Assembly (NCBI GenBank): GCA_963843555.1
Contig: CAWJKV010000018.1
Span: 61,381-125,380, forward strand
Source: an uncultured Methanosarcinales archaeon
GTDB lineage: Archaea > Halobacteriota > Methanosarcinia > Methanotrichales > Methanotrichaceae
Length of the DNA stretch: 64,000 bases
Direction of reading: 5' to 3'
Below are positions 1 to 9,910 of this stretch, piece after piece. Each line of letters opens with the position of its first letter. The first letter of the stretch is position 1. Position numbers and translations under genes: made by a program. The notes under the pieces were generated by a model. The model searched no databases. It worked only from the letters and a program-made list of their open reading frames with translations, and was not told the DNA's origin.

Positions 1-192
1 GCTGCGGAGCTTGCGAGCTTCTCGCTCAAACTTGAGCTTCTGATTCTCAATGAGCCTCTTCTCGCCTTCCACGCGGTCTTTCTGCTCACGCAGCGCCAGG
101 TTGCGCTCTTCGAGCTGGCGCATACGGTCCAGGATGTAGCGCGAAAAGTCCGCGCCGGCCTGTGACTCATTCATGCCTTCTCCACTATCCAT
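1..192 (-). CDS. pan: Proteasome-activating nucleotidase, N-terminal coiled coil (runs off window)
   Basis: Manual translation MDSGEGMNESQAGADFSRYILDRMRQLEERNLALREQKDRVEGEKRLIENQKLKFEREARKLRS resembles the PAN N-terminus; divergent from aMBF1, a conserved archaeal neighbourhood. Alternative start 174. Confidence 0.8.
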   Translation of the reverse strand, partial: MDSGEGMNESQAGADFSRYILDRMRQLEERNLALREQKDRVEGEKRLIENQKLKFEREARKLRS

Positions 193-237
193 AATTACAA
201 AGATTATTAAACTCCGACCCCTATAAAGGTTTCCGAA

Positions 238-726
238 ATGACAGAGAAGCAATGCGAGATTTGCGGCGCCGAGATCTCAGGTTTGCCCCAGAGGATTGTG
301 ATCGACCGCTCAACGCTGGACGTATGCAAGAGCTGTGCGCACTTCGGAAAACCGGAAGACAAATGGACACCAGTCCCGAGGAAGATGGTTCCTGTGGAGA
401 GGGCATTCACGGTAAAACGGCCCAGACCTCGCGACCATTTCAAGGATTTGGTGGAGTTGGTCCCGGAGTTCGGGCGCAAGATCAGGGAGGCACGGGAAGG
501 CCTGGGTTTATCGCTGGAAGAGTTGGGCGCGAGAATCAAAGAGAAAGCGACCCTTTTGAAGAAGATCGAGAGGGAAGATATCTCTCCTGAGGACGAGGTT
601 AGAAAGAAGCTCGAGAGGGAATTGAAGATCAAGCTAACCGATGAGGCGAGCGAATCCCGGGTCAAGTCCGGGAGCGTAGGCAGAGGATTGACCCTGGGGG
701 ACATTGCCAGCATCAAACGGAAATAA
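238..726 (+). CDS. mbf1: Archaeal multiprotein bridging factor aMBF1 (Zn ribbon + HTH)
   Basis: CEICG...VCKSC Zn ribbon, HTH 'KIREAREGLGLSLEELG', C-terminal TLGD motif. Confidence 0.92.
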   Translation: MTEKQCEICGAEISGLPQRIVIDRSTLDVCKSCAHFGKPEDKWTPVPRKMVPVERAFTVKRPRPRDHFKDLVELVPEFGRKIREAREGLGLSLEELGARIKEKATLLKKIEREDISPEDEVRKKLERELKIKLTDEASESRVKSGSVGRGLTLGDIASIKRK

Positions 727-729
727 GAA

Positions 730-1302
730 ATGTTCGCCAGTGCAGCTCGTTTTATCATCGGCGGGGGAGTGATAGTCTACCCCACCGAGACCGTTTACGG
801 CCTGGGCGCAAATGCTCTGGATGAGCAGGCGGTGATGAGGGTTTTTCAGATCAAAAAGAGGCCTCTTTCCATGCCCATTTTTTTGGCTGTCTCAAACTTC
901 GATATGCTGAGGAATGTAGCAGAAGTAACCAGAGAAGACATGGATCTTCTAGAGCAGCTCTTGCCAGGGCCGGTTTCAGTTCTTGTGCGGCGAAAGAGCG
1001 TAGTTCCAGATATCCTCACCGCAGGCTCGCCAATGGTTGGCATCAGATACCCAGATCATGAATTAGCTCTGAGGATCATCGATCTGGCTGGACCGATCAC
1101 ATCTACCAGCGCCAACCGCACCGGTTCGCCTGCACCGACAAGTGCGGCCTCAGTCTCTCGCGAGATCGAGGATCGAGTTGATACGGTGGTAGACGGAGGA
1201 AAATGCAGTTACAGCGAGCCATCCACCCTCTTAGATCTGGAGAAGAGAGAGATCATCCGGCCTGGCGCAGGCCTGGATAGAGTAATGAAGGCGATAAAGT
1301 GA
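730..1302 (+). CDS. sua5: L-threonylcarbamoyladenylate synthase (YrdC/Sua5 family, short form)
   Basis: YPTETVYGLG, KKRP, STSAN motifs. Confidence 0.93.
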   Translation: MFASAARFIIGGGVIVYPTETVYGLGANALDEQAVMRVFQIKKRPLSMPIFLAVSNFDMLRNVAEVTREDMDLLEQLLPGPVSVLVRRKSVVPDILTAGSPMVGIRYPDHELALRIIDLAGPITSTSANRTGSPAPTSAASVSREIEDRVDTVVDGGKCSYSEPSTLLDLEKREIIRPGAGLDRVMKAIK

Positions 1303-2225
1303 AGGCCCGCATCAGAGACTTCTTTGAGACCAAAGACGGCTGGTTTTTTGCAGTCTCTGATTACAGCCACCCGGATGGCCTTCGCTCTTTGCTGAGGTAT
1401 GTGCCTGATCCTGCAGGTGAACGCCTGTGCGGAGACATACGCTATCGAAAGATGGACTTCGATCAGGCTTTCGAGTTTCTAAAGCGCGTCCGGCCTGATT
1501 ATGTTCGCGACCTCCATGTTGTTCCAGAATCGGATGTGATCAGATGTTATCGACCGTCTGTTGGCTTGAGATCCGCGGCCGGGAAAGATACAAGAGTCAT
1601 GAAGATTGCCACCATTCTAAATGCTGGGGGCGTTCCCTGGGAAGAGATGGGCATCACCGGCTCCATGCTGTTGGGGCTAAATAGTCCTAGCTCAGATATC
1701 GATTTTGTTGTGTATGGGCCTATGTGGTGGAAAGCCAGGGATATAGTGGCCCGGGCAAAGGCCAAAGGCTTGATTGAGGATCTGAATGAAGCCACCTGGA
1801 AGAAGATTTATCTCAAGAGAAAGCCGGAAATCAGCTTTGAAGAGTTCATGAAGCATGAGAAGAGAAAAGGAAATCGAGGTATGATCGAGGGCACCTACTT
1901 CGACCTGCTCTTCACCCGGGACTGGAGCCAGATCAGCCAGCAGTCTGCTGGCAAGGCAAGAGGCCCGGGCCTAATTGAGGCCAAAGTAATTGACGCTGAG
2001 TTTGCCTTCGACAGTCCCGCTATCTTCCGTCTGGATCATCCGGAGGTGAAAGAGATATTCTGCTTCACTCATACCTATGCAGGCCAGGCCCTGCCCGGCG
2101 AGACGATAGAGGCGAAAGGCGTCCTGGAAGAGACGGCCCAGGGCCAAAGGCTGGTGGTGGGAACCACGCGCGAGGCACGAGGCGAATGGATTCGATCGCT
2201 TTCGCTCATGGAAGGCACAATTTGA
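1299..2225 (+). CDS. Nucleotidyltransferase (DNA pol beta-like) domain protein, archaeal conserved
   Basis: GITGSMLLG...SDIDFVVYG nucleotidyltransferase signature; overlaps upstream stop. Confidence 0.8.
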   Translation: MKARIRDFFETKDGWFFAVSDYSHPDGLRSLLRYVPDPAGERLCGDIRYRKMDFDQAFEFLKRVRPDYVRDLHVVPESDVIRCYRPSVGLRSAAGKDTRVMKIATILNAGGVPWEEMGITGSMLLGLNSPSSDIDFVVYGPMWWKARDIVARAKAKGLIEDLNEATWKKIYLKRKPEISFEEFMKHEKRKGNRGMIEGTYFDLLFTRDWSQISQQSAGKARGPGLIEAKVIDAEFAFDSPAIFRLDHPEVKEIFCFTHTYAGQALPGETIEAKGVLEETAQGQRLVVGTTREARGEWIRSLSLMEGTI

Positions 2226-2262
2226 TAGTGTTGATAAAAAAATCGCTTAAGAGGTCTTTTAA

Positions 2263-3777
2263 ATGCTGCAAGTTCGTCCCTTTGATATTGATATAGGTCA
2301 GCACAAGGTCATGCTTAACGTTGTGGATGCCAGAGAGAGAGGGCTCAATGCGGGGGACCGCGTCAGGGTCAGAACAAAAGGTGCCGGGACCACGGCCATA
2401 CTAGACACCACCCTGGAGATGGTCAAGGTGGGCGAGATTGGCATATTCACTGAGGCACTTAAGGAACTGAAGAATCCCGTCACAGTGGAAGTGCTACCGG
2501 CACCCAAGCCCGCCTCCCTTTGCTACATAAAGAACATAATGGACAAGAAAAAGCTCAATGAGGACCAGATCAGAACTATTGTGCAGGATATTGTGGACAA
2601 CAACCTCAGCGAGATTGAGCTCTCGGCTTATGTCACAGCATCCTACATCCATAACATGGACTCCGAGGAGGTCATGTGGCTGACCAAAGCCATGATCGAG
2701 ACCGGCGAGCGGATTCACTTCGACACTCATCCTGTCATGGACAAGCACAGCATCGGGGGCGTTCCCGGTAATAAGGTTTCTCTTCTTATTGTGCCGATAG
2801 TTGCAGCTGCAGGCCTTCTCATTCCCAAGACCAGCTCGCGTGCCATAACCGGCGCAGGTGGGACTGCGGACCTGATGGAGGTTCTGGCACCTGTTGAGTT
2901 CAGTGCTGATGAGATCAAGGAGATCACCGAGAAAGTGGGCGGCGTCATCGTCTGGGGTGGAGCCACTAACATTGCTCCTGCCGATGATAAACTGATCAAA
3001 GCGGAATATGCTTTATCCATCGACCCCTACAGCCAGATGCTCGCCTCGATCATGGCCAAGAAGGGAGCTGTTGGTGCAGATGCTGTTGTGGTGGACATGC
3101 CCGTCGGACTCGACACCAAACTTGCAACTGCAGAGAATGGTCGGTCTCTGGCCAAAGACCTCATCGACCTGGGAGAGCGACTGGGGATTCGTGTAGAGTG
3201 TGCCATGACCTTCGGAGGATCGCCGGTCGGCCGCACCATTGGGCCAGCTCTGGAGGTGCGCGAAGCGCTTACAGTTTTGGAGAATAAGGGCGGACCGAAC
3301 AGCCTGAAGGAAAAGAGCCTCTCCCTGGCCGGCATCCTTCTGGAGATGGGAGGAGTTGCAGGACGTGGAGCAGGCTACAGTGCGGCAGAGGAGATTCTTG
3401 TAAGCGGAAAAGCCCACACGAAGCTCATGGAGATCATCGAAGCTCAGGGCGGCAACCCCCTTGTCAAGAGCGAGGATATTGTTATCGGCGATCATTGTGA
3501 GGATATTTTAGCTCCGGCAGGAGGCTATATCGTAGCTTTCTTCAACAAACGGCTTGTGGAGCTGGCCCGCCTGGCAGGAGCACCCTCAGATAAGAAGGCA
3601 GGTGTTGTAATCCATAAGAAGATGGGCGAAAGAGTAAAGAAAGGTGAGCCGTTGATTACCATCTGCTCCACCTCGGACTGGGATTTGCAGACCGCAGTAA
3701 AAGATGCCAGGAGGCAGATGCCGATCGTGGTAGAGGGCATGCTCCTGGAGAGATACCCCCGTATCACGGAGCTCTAG
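2263..3777 (+). CDS. deoA: AMP phosphorylase (thymidine phosphorylase family)
   Basis: DKHSIGGVPGNK and PKTSSRAITGAGGTAD motifs, N-terminal extension typical of archaeal AMP phosphorylase, 504 aa. Confidence 0.93.
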   Translation: MLQVRPFDIDIGQHKVMLNVVDARERGLNAGDRVRVRTKGAGTTAILDTTLEMVKVGEIGIFTEALKELKNPVTVEVLPAPKPASLCYIKNIMDKKKLNEDQIRTIVQDIVDNNLSEIELSAYVTASYIHNMDSEEVMWLTKAMIETGERIHFDTHPVMDKHSIGGVPGNKVSLLIVPIVAAAGLLIPKTSSRAITGAGGTADLMEVLAPVEFSADEIKEITEKVGGVIVWGGATNIAPADDKLIKAEYALSIDPYSQMLASIMAKKGAVGADAVVVDMPVGLDTKLATAENGRSLAKDLIDLGERLGIRVECAMTFGGSPVGRTIGPALEVREALTVLENKGGPNSLKEKSLSLAGILLEMGGVAGRGAGYSAAEEILVSGKAHTKLMEIIEAQGGNPLVKSEDIVIGDHCEDILAPAGGYIVAFFNKRLVELARLAGAPSDKKAGVVIHKKMGERVKKGEPLITICSTSDWDLQTAVKDARRQMPIVVEGMLLERYPRITEL

Positions 3778-3805
3778 GGACCGGACTTAGGCAGGAGGTC
3801 AGCGT

Positions 3806-4672
3806 TTGATGAAAAAGGAGTCGGAAATGTTGGTCGCAATTACATATCATGAGGATTTTGGCAAGAACGGATTCAGCGTACTCAAGGAAAGGATCCGTCC
3901 ATCCTTCGAAAAGCTCATGGTGTCGGGGCTGGTTGATGGCGTTGAAGTGCAGGTATTTCGGGCGAGATCCGCTCCTCTGGAGCTGGCCGAGAAAGCTCAC
4001 ACTGCTGCCCATATGGCCAACATGCAAACAGATCAATACAGGGAGGTGGCTTTGCTCTCTGCGGGAAGCGTGATGATGGCGGCTGAGATGGTCGCCGCCG
4101 GCCAGGCCAGATCCGCCTTCGCTTATACGGGAACCGCGGGACACCATGCATCTCGAGGAAGCTGCTGGGGCTTTTGCTACTTCAACGATGTGGCCATCGC
4201 CATAATGCATCTACGGGAAATGGGGCTGAAGCGTTTCCTCATAGTGGATGTAGATCCTCATTTTGGAGATGGCACGCGCGACTTCTTCAAAGAAGATGCA
4301 AACGTCTTTCATATCAACCTTCACAGCGGCTCCGGAGAAGAGCATGACCCAGAGAAAAACAACTACGACATAGGCCTCACCTTTGGAGGCAGCAATGAGA
4401 GGTTCATCGAGGCCCTGAAGAGTTCTCTCGAATTGGCCAATGATTTCGATTATCAGATAGCCTTCGTCATCTTCGGTCACGACTCTCACCAGGATGATTA
4501 TGGGGGTTTCAACCTGACCTTCGAAGCTTATCCCCGGATGGTGCAGTTGATCCAGGAGGCTGTGGGTGAAAAGGGTCTGATCTTCGTTTTGAGCGGCGGA
4601 TCATGCGTGCATGTAGCAGAAAGGGTAATTCCTGATGTCATTCGGGTCCTGGCGAGAAGGTGGCCGTCTTGA
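3806..4672 (+). CDS. Histone deacetylase family (acetylpolyamine/acetoin-like) protein
   Basis: GHHA, GFCYFN, DVDPHFGDGT, GHDSH..D motifs. Confidence 0.9.
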   Translation: MMKKESEMLVAITYHEDFGKNGFSVLKERIRPSFEKLMVSGLVDGVEVQVFRARSAPLELAEKAHTAAHMANMQTDQYREVALLSAGSVMMAAEMVAAGQARSAFAYTGTAGHHASRGSCWGFCYFNDVAIAIMHLREMGLKRFLIVDVDPHFGDGTRDFFKEDANVFHINLHSGSGEEHDPEKNNYDIGLTFGGSNERFIEALKSSLELANDFDYQIAFVIFGHDSHQDDYGGFNLTFEAYPRMVQLIQEAVGEKGLIFVLSGGSCVHVAERVIPDVIRVLARRWPS

Positions 4673-5526
4673 GGATGGCCTCAGACTGCTACCCCTGCAT
4701 CCTGGACAGGGCCAAGTTCGAGTGCGATCTCGTCTTTTCCGGGGAAGAGGAGAAGAAGGGGGCCGTGGAGGAGCTGCTGGACTACATGGCCTGCCATAAG
4801 GGAGGTGTTCCGGCTCTGGTGGGAACGGAGAGAGAGTTCATCATCAAGAGGCGCAGCGGAAGTCCGGACCCCTATAGAAGCCTGAAAGAAGAGAGCAACC
4901 GTGTGGCAAGTGACCTTCTGCCCATAGCCAGGGAGTTCTACGAAAAAGCAAATGACAAGATAGAGGCGTTAATACGCATTGCTGCGGCCGCTAATTCCAT
5001 GGAGTTCGGAGTGAAAGGTCATGATTTTGACAACACCACATTTGGTCGTGTATTCGAAAATACACTTTGCGAAAAGCTGCGGGCCGATATTCCGGAATTA
5101 AAAAGAAGGCTGCAGGCCTTCAGCAATATCTTCTATCTTACAGACAACAGCGGCGAGGTTATCTTCGACTTATTCGTTATTGAAAAGCTCAAGGATATGG
5201 GAAAACGCGTGGTGATCGGGTCAAAGTCCGAGCCGGTTCTCAATGACGTCACAGTCGAGGAGCTGGGAGACATGACCATTGATGAGGTCATACCAACTGG
5301 CAATGTAGTGGGAACAGCTCTAGAGCACATCAGCCCAGGGGCTTCGACCCTTTTGTTCGACCCGGACTGGTTGGTCTTATCCAAAGGCATGGGCAACTTC
5401 GAGACCATCTCCGAGTTTGATGATAAGTTAAAAGGTCGGCTCGTCTACATTTTGAGAGCCAAGTGTGAGCCTGTGGCCATGGAGATGAGGGTTCCCAAGG
5501 GAACGCTGGTGGCAAAATCAATCTAA
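4660..5526 (+). CDS. DUF89/ARMT1-like damage-control phosphatase
   Basis: CYPC, DPY, LTDNSGE..FD, LNDVT, KGMGNFE, AKC motifs. Confidence 0.9.
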   Translation: MAVLRMASDCYPCILDRAKFECDLVFSGEEEKKGAVEELLDYMACHKGGVPALVGTEREFIIKRRSGSPDPYRSLKEESNRVASDLLPIAREFYEKANDKIEALIRIAAAANSMEFGVKGHDFDNTTFGRVFENTLCEKLRADIPELKRRLQAFSNIFYLTDNSGEVIFDLFVIEKLKDMGKRVVIGSKSEPVLNDVTVEELGDMTIDEVIPTGNVVGTALEHISPGASTLLFDPDWLVLSKGMGNFETISEFDDKLKGRLVYILRAKCEPVAMEMRVPKGTLVAKSI

Positions 5527-6185
5527 CAATAATTCATGTCTACTTCTTCGACGCCTTTTTCTTCCGGCTCCTCCGTCATTGGCTCCATCAGTGATATATC
5601 AATGTCAAGATGAAATAGCTTTTTGATAGCACTTAGCAGGTTTGTCGCGGCCTCGATATCCACAGGATCGGCGCCGCTGCTGGTACTGAGCAGGCAGAAA
5701 CCACGCATCTCATATAAAGGGGCGAGCCCTGCCAGAAGCCCATTTAGTCCTCCAATGGCTCCGCTGCGCAGCAATGGGATTTCAGAGTTGCCTAAAGCTG
5801 CAGCGGATTCGGGGTCCGTGGAAGCGCCCAGTATCGTCTCATCCGTATCTCCGACGTAAGCCGCCAGGGTGATAACATCTGTGACTCCCTCTGCGTGAAT
5901 GGCTTCCAGGATACTTCCTGCCAACTCGTGCATTCCCACTACATCCAGGGGCTGGGCATCACCGGAGAGGATGAACATGTTCTGTCTCTCCTTGGGACGT
6001 TTCAGTTCGGCATGCATTAGCTCTGCCAATCCGCTCGATACCATAACTTGCGGCGGAAAGCTGTGAGAGAAAAAGAGTTTAACTGTACTGCATTCTAAGG
6101 CCGTGCTCAGATAATCGGCAGCTACTTTGCCCACGCTTCCAATTCCTGGAAGACCGCAAATGCAGACGACTCGAGACTCGAACAT
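5523..6185 (-). CDS. PAC2-family proteasome assembly chaperone
   Basis: GLPGIGSVGK, FPPQV, GDAQP, IGGLNGLL motifs. Confidence 0.88.
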   Translation of the reverse strand: MFESRVVCICGLPGIGSVGKVAADYLSTALECSTVKLFFSHSFPPQVMVSSGLAELMHAELKRPKERQNMFILSGDAQPLDVVGMHELAGSILEAIHAEGVTDVITLAAYVGDTDETILGASTDPESAAALGNSEIPLLRSGAIGGLNGLLAGLAPLYEMRGFCLLSTSSGADPVDIEAATNLLSAIKKLFHLDIDISLMEPMTEEPEEKGVEEVDMNYC

Positions 6186-6261
6186 TATCTGGGGGTTGGC
6201 GTGCAGCTATAACATACTTTCGCCAACATTCCCCTGACATCTTATCCTTTTTAGATCCTCC

Positions 6262-6876
6262 TTACTGGCCGAGAGCCTTAATCATCCAGTTGACCTTGTA
6301 AGTCTCATTTGTTGCCACAATGGTCCTCTGAGCAGGTTCCAATATCCCATTGCTGTAGAGGAATGAGTTGCCCGTTCCATTATCTTCCTCCATGAGGATC
6401 CCCATGCTTCCGCGATCATAAAAGACCACATAGAAGTCCCCAGTTACCGGCAATGCAGGTATCTCTATTACGCCATCGATGGGACCCGTCGGAGACAGGA
6501 AGTAACCATTCTGTGCGTCTGCAAATTTGTAGAGGAGATTGAGGTCTTTGTCCCTGATCTCAAGGAGGAAATTCCTATCTGAGGGGATTGTTTGGGTTGT
6601 ATTATTGAATCCGCTCCAGCCCAGCACATCTACAGCTCTCAGCTTCCAGCCGGCTTTAGGAGAGGTAAACTTGACTGCCTCACCGATGTTCAGGCCATCT
6701 AAGCCGAATGCGCTTGCGCTTGTTATGGTGAATAGAGTGAGGTTCATCTCGGAAAGATTCTTTCCGCTATCCTGTTTTAATTCAGTTAACTCTGACGCTG
6801 CCGCATCTGCTCCAAGAGCGCTCATGCATAATGACATGCAAGATAGGCAGGCAATCAATAATATCGTCTTCTTCAA
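6262..6876 (-). CDS. Secreted hypothetical protein (paralog of 7081-7695)
   Basis: Signal-peptide-like N-terminus, many NxS/T sequons, shares GEAVKFT/EIRDK/FYDRG blocks with neighbour. Confidence 0.8.
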   Translation of the reverse strand: MKKTILLIACLSCMSLCMSALGADAAASELTELKQDSGKNLSEMNLTLFTITSASAFGLDGLNIGEAVKFTSPKAGWKLRAVDVLGWSGFNNTTQTIPSDRNFLLEIRDKDLNLLYKFADAQNGYFLSPTGPIDGVIEIPALPVTGDFYVVFYDRGSMGILMEEDNGTGNSFLYSNGILEPAQRTIVATNETYKVNWMIKALGQ

Positions 6877-7080
6877 ATTATCACCCCAAGATTCACCAGT
6901 TGAATTTTATCCATATAAAGATTCTGATGAAAGGCAGTAATGAATTTTTATTTTGCAGAAAATGCGATTATGACGTCAAAAATCAAACAGGTATATTCAG
7001 ATAGGAATGTCAAGAATCTGAAAAAAGTCTTTTGCAGGTTGGCGTCTTATCTCTCCAACCTGCAAAATGGTCGGATTCTT

Positions 7081-7695
7081 CTACTCACCGACCGCCCTGA
7101 TAACCCAGTTAATCTGTGTAGATTTGTTACTTGCATCCTTGAAACTTACAGGAATCAGGTTACTATTTAGACTATCGTAGAAATAGGAGTTTCCAGTTGC
7201 GTTTTCCGGTTCCATTCCTACAACCATTGCGCCTCGATCATAAAAGATCACATAAAATTCATCCGTCACTGGAATAGCCGGTATATCTATTCCTCGAAGA
7301 ACTGGTGCGGGATAAGTGAAGTATGCATTTTGCGTGTCTGCCATCCTGTAGAGAAGGTTTAGATTCTTGTCCCTGATCTCAATGAGAAAATCATTAGCGG
7401 AAGGAATTGTCATGGTCGTCTCATTGAAACCATTCCAACCCACAATGCGTACCTGCATCAATTTCCAGCCGGGCTTTGGTGCGGTGAATTTGACGGCTTC
7501 ACCTATGCCAAATGAATCGAGCCCCCAATCATTAGAGACAGAGTAATAGGTTAAATTCATTTCAGAAAGATTTGCTCCGTTGTCCTGCTTGAGGACGGTC
7601 ATGTTTTTAACACCACTATCCGCATTATTTTGAGCAATAACAATGCCCATTAGTGTCATAAAACAAAGGGCAGAAATCAAGATCATCTTTTTCAA
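7081..7695 (-). CDS. Secreted hypothetical protein (paralog of 6262-6876)
   Basis: Same 204-aa length and shared motifs as upstream paralog; TTG start. Confidence 0.8.
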   Translation of the reverse strand: MKKMILISALCFMTLMGIVIAQNNADSGVKNMTVLKQDNGANLSEMNLTYYSVSNDWGLDSFGIGEAVKFTAPKPGWKLMQVRIVGWNGFNETTMTIPSANDFLIEIRDKNLNLLYRMADTQNAYFTYPAPVLRGIDIPAIPVTDEFYVIFYDRGAMVVGMEPENATGNSYFYDSLNSNLIPVSFKDASNKSTQINWVIRAVGE

Positions 7696-7930
7696 GCGAT
7701 CACCATGAGAGTGAATTAAATCCGATCTTTATATAGATGATGCTAGATTACCTTGAGGCTGTCTGCGTAATAGGGCCAGAGGTGGTGAGGGGAACCTCGC
7801 TTTATGCACTCCCGGCTTGAGGCAATTCTCCAAAATCTGGCATGCACCATTGGATCATACTCCTGGGTTGAAGAATGGCCGGAAGGGAAGTGCTCGACTT
7901 GCTATAACCATTATTTCGGATACTATATTA

Positions 7931-8356
7931 TCAATATTTTCCAAATAATTTTGCTGCACCTCTATGCATTGTGTGGATATTTAATCCATGGCCGAGGTAC
8001 ATCATGGGACATTTGCCCGTAATGAATTGCATCTGAGATCCAATGCATTTTTCTTTTACCTCGAGAGTATCAGTCCGCCAATGTATCCAGCATTTCTTGA
8101 TGCCTTTCTCCTTGAGGGCTTCAATTATATTCCCTGGATTTGTTTTTGTCAACGCAATTACGGCACAATCGATATCCATGGGAAGTTCAGAGATGCTTTG
8201 AAGAGTCCCTTTATCGGGCTTATCCGACATATCGACAACATAAACTCTCTTCCCTCTCGACGCCAATTCATCTATCGTCAATTTCATCGCCGGCTTTGTT
8301 TTATCTGTGATCACGGCAAAGCATTCCTGGTTCCAAAATGATTCCTGTTCTGACAC
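7931..8356 (-). CDS. CoA-binding domain protein (divergent)
   Basis: Rossmann-like pattern FAVI...SISELP.DIDCAVI...GIKKCWI...CPMMYL, C-terminal H...KLFGKY; GGAG RBS. Confidence 0.7.
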   Translation of the reverse strand: MSEQESFWNQECFAVITDKTKPAMKLTIDELASRGKRVYVVDMSDKPDKGTLQSISELPMDIDCAVIALTKTNPGNIIEALKEKGIKKCWIHWRTDTLEVKEKCIGSQMQFITGKCPMMYLGHGLNIHTMHRGAAKLFGKY

Positions 8357-8392
8357 TGTCCAACACTCCTGCTAGAGAGATTGTTGCCTGCT

Positions 8393-8450
8393 GCAGATCC
8401 TCCACAGATCTCCCTCAGATCTCCCTCAGATCTCCCATATCTCCCATATC
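8393..8450. repeat. Short degenerate tandem repeat (cagatctccct / catatctcc units)
   Basis: cagatcctcca-cagatctccct-cagatctccct-cagatctcc-catatctcc-catatc read directly. Confidence 0.75.
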
Positions 8451-8692
8451 TTAAGGCCTTCTTCGCCGATGGTTCACAAGCATTTCCTCAATAATAGCAC
8501 TTTTGGCAACACCAGCCAAATAGGATCTATTCGCAAAGAGCTGCGCAAGAGGTCGGAACAACGAAGAATCTCATATTTATTATATATTATTTGCACTAAA
8601 TGGCTTTATATGAGTTCTTAGGACACATTCGTACAAAAGATACTTGTTAGAATCGCAAGATTCATATAATTCGAAAACCTAAATAGATAAAC

Positions 8693-9187
8693 ATGAAAAC
8701 TTTTATAATTGGTGCAATCCTTTTGATAGCATGTACCGCCACAACATCAGGGTCTGATGCAAGCAATCCCAGTTTTAACATTTCGAACCTGAATTCCGCA
8801 TCTATCAGGGAGGCATACAATGCATCCTTGGGAGAGTTTCCGGACTCATATAAATCCCTGATTGGAGATAATAGAATCCTGATCCGAATAAAGGGGTTGA
8901 ATAACTCTGTTCAGTCGTTTGGGTTGGTTACCAAAAATGGCGAACTGGAGGACGCAGTCGATGGAGAGATTGCCGATCCAACGATCGAGTTGAATGTCAA
9001 CGAGAATGCGATTATTAAGCTGCAGAATGCTGAGGACCCAGCGGCCGCCTTTGATAAAGCAATCCAGGATAAGGAGATATCTGCAAAAGGAAATGGTTTC
9101 ATTAATCAGTTAAAGGTAAATATGTTGCTAGGCAATCCAGTTTTGCCGGAGTTGATCGTTCAACTGTTCGCGCCCACAGAACAGTAA
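8693..9187 (+). CDS. Secreted hypothetical protein, SCP2-like fold possible
   Basis: Signal peptide; 'DPTIEL...DPAAAF...ISAKG' resembles SCP2 sterol-carrier-like domains. Confidence 0.6.
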   Translation: MKTFIIGAILLIACTATTSGSDASNPSFNISNLNSASIREAYNASLGEFPDSYKSLIGDNRILIRIKGLNNSVQSFGLVTKNGELEDAVDGEIADPTIELNVNENAIIKLQNAEDPAAAFDKAIQDKEISAKGNGFINQLKVNMLLGNPVLPELIVQLFAPTEQ

Positions 9188-9407
9188 AACGCAATGTGAC
9201 AAAACATAGAAAACTGAGATACGTAGAAGCTTTACTATAAATTTTTACGTAGATTTATAGTATTTCAAAACTGGTGTCAAATAGATTCTTGCAGCATATT
9301 TCTCATGTAACCGCTAGAGTGACGACCATATGGAATTCATAACCGCCTCCTCTTTGCCAGGCATCAGTCATCTGAAGCAGATTCACAAGGCCAAAAAAAA
9401 TGAAAAT

Positions 9408-9744
9408 TTATTTTTTCAGGTAACAGGCCATACCAAAAGCCTTTAAGATGATATCTATGTTTGCCTAGGCGGTCTCAAATATGATTGCTTTGATCCCCAT
9501 ATACGATTAAGGTCATATCACCGCCGCTGTACGTCCAGCTGCGTAACGGTGACCAGTTTCTTGCCGCAATGCGAGCTTCTTGTTGAAGTGTCGCAGTAAC
9601 AGCAGCCAAGAAATTGCTGGTTGTTTCCATCAGGTCATGGCTTATAGCACCCTTGGCTTTCCAGTCAACAATTCGTCCCAAATCATCCAATCGTGCTATC
9701 GCTGTAACTCCTTCTGTTTCGAATAGCTCATCTAGAGATATCAT
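9408..9744 (-). pseudogene. DUF2173-like small protein, disrupted (+1 frameshift ~9490, in-frame TAG 9465-9467)
   Basis: MISLDELF...GVTA...DG...W.P...W..SGGD pattern; continuation AIIFETA*ANIDIILKAF in shifted frame. Confidence 0.55.
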
Positions 9745-9910
9745 CTAAATACCTCCTGTGCTTAAGTTGTTCGTCCTCTTCAACTTTCTCGAGTCTCAAC
9801 ACCAGCTAGAATTGATTCATTGACCTTTTTGCAATGGCTTGCTGTTGGATGTTGGATAGCATATGAAGCTCACATACTTAATGCCAACCTCATAGTTTTT
9901 CGCTGCCATG

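Noticed and set aside
8393..8450. Repeat array as a CRISPR candidate
   Set aside because: Units are 9-11 bp, adjacent, with no spacers and no cas genes.
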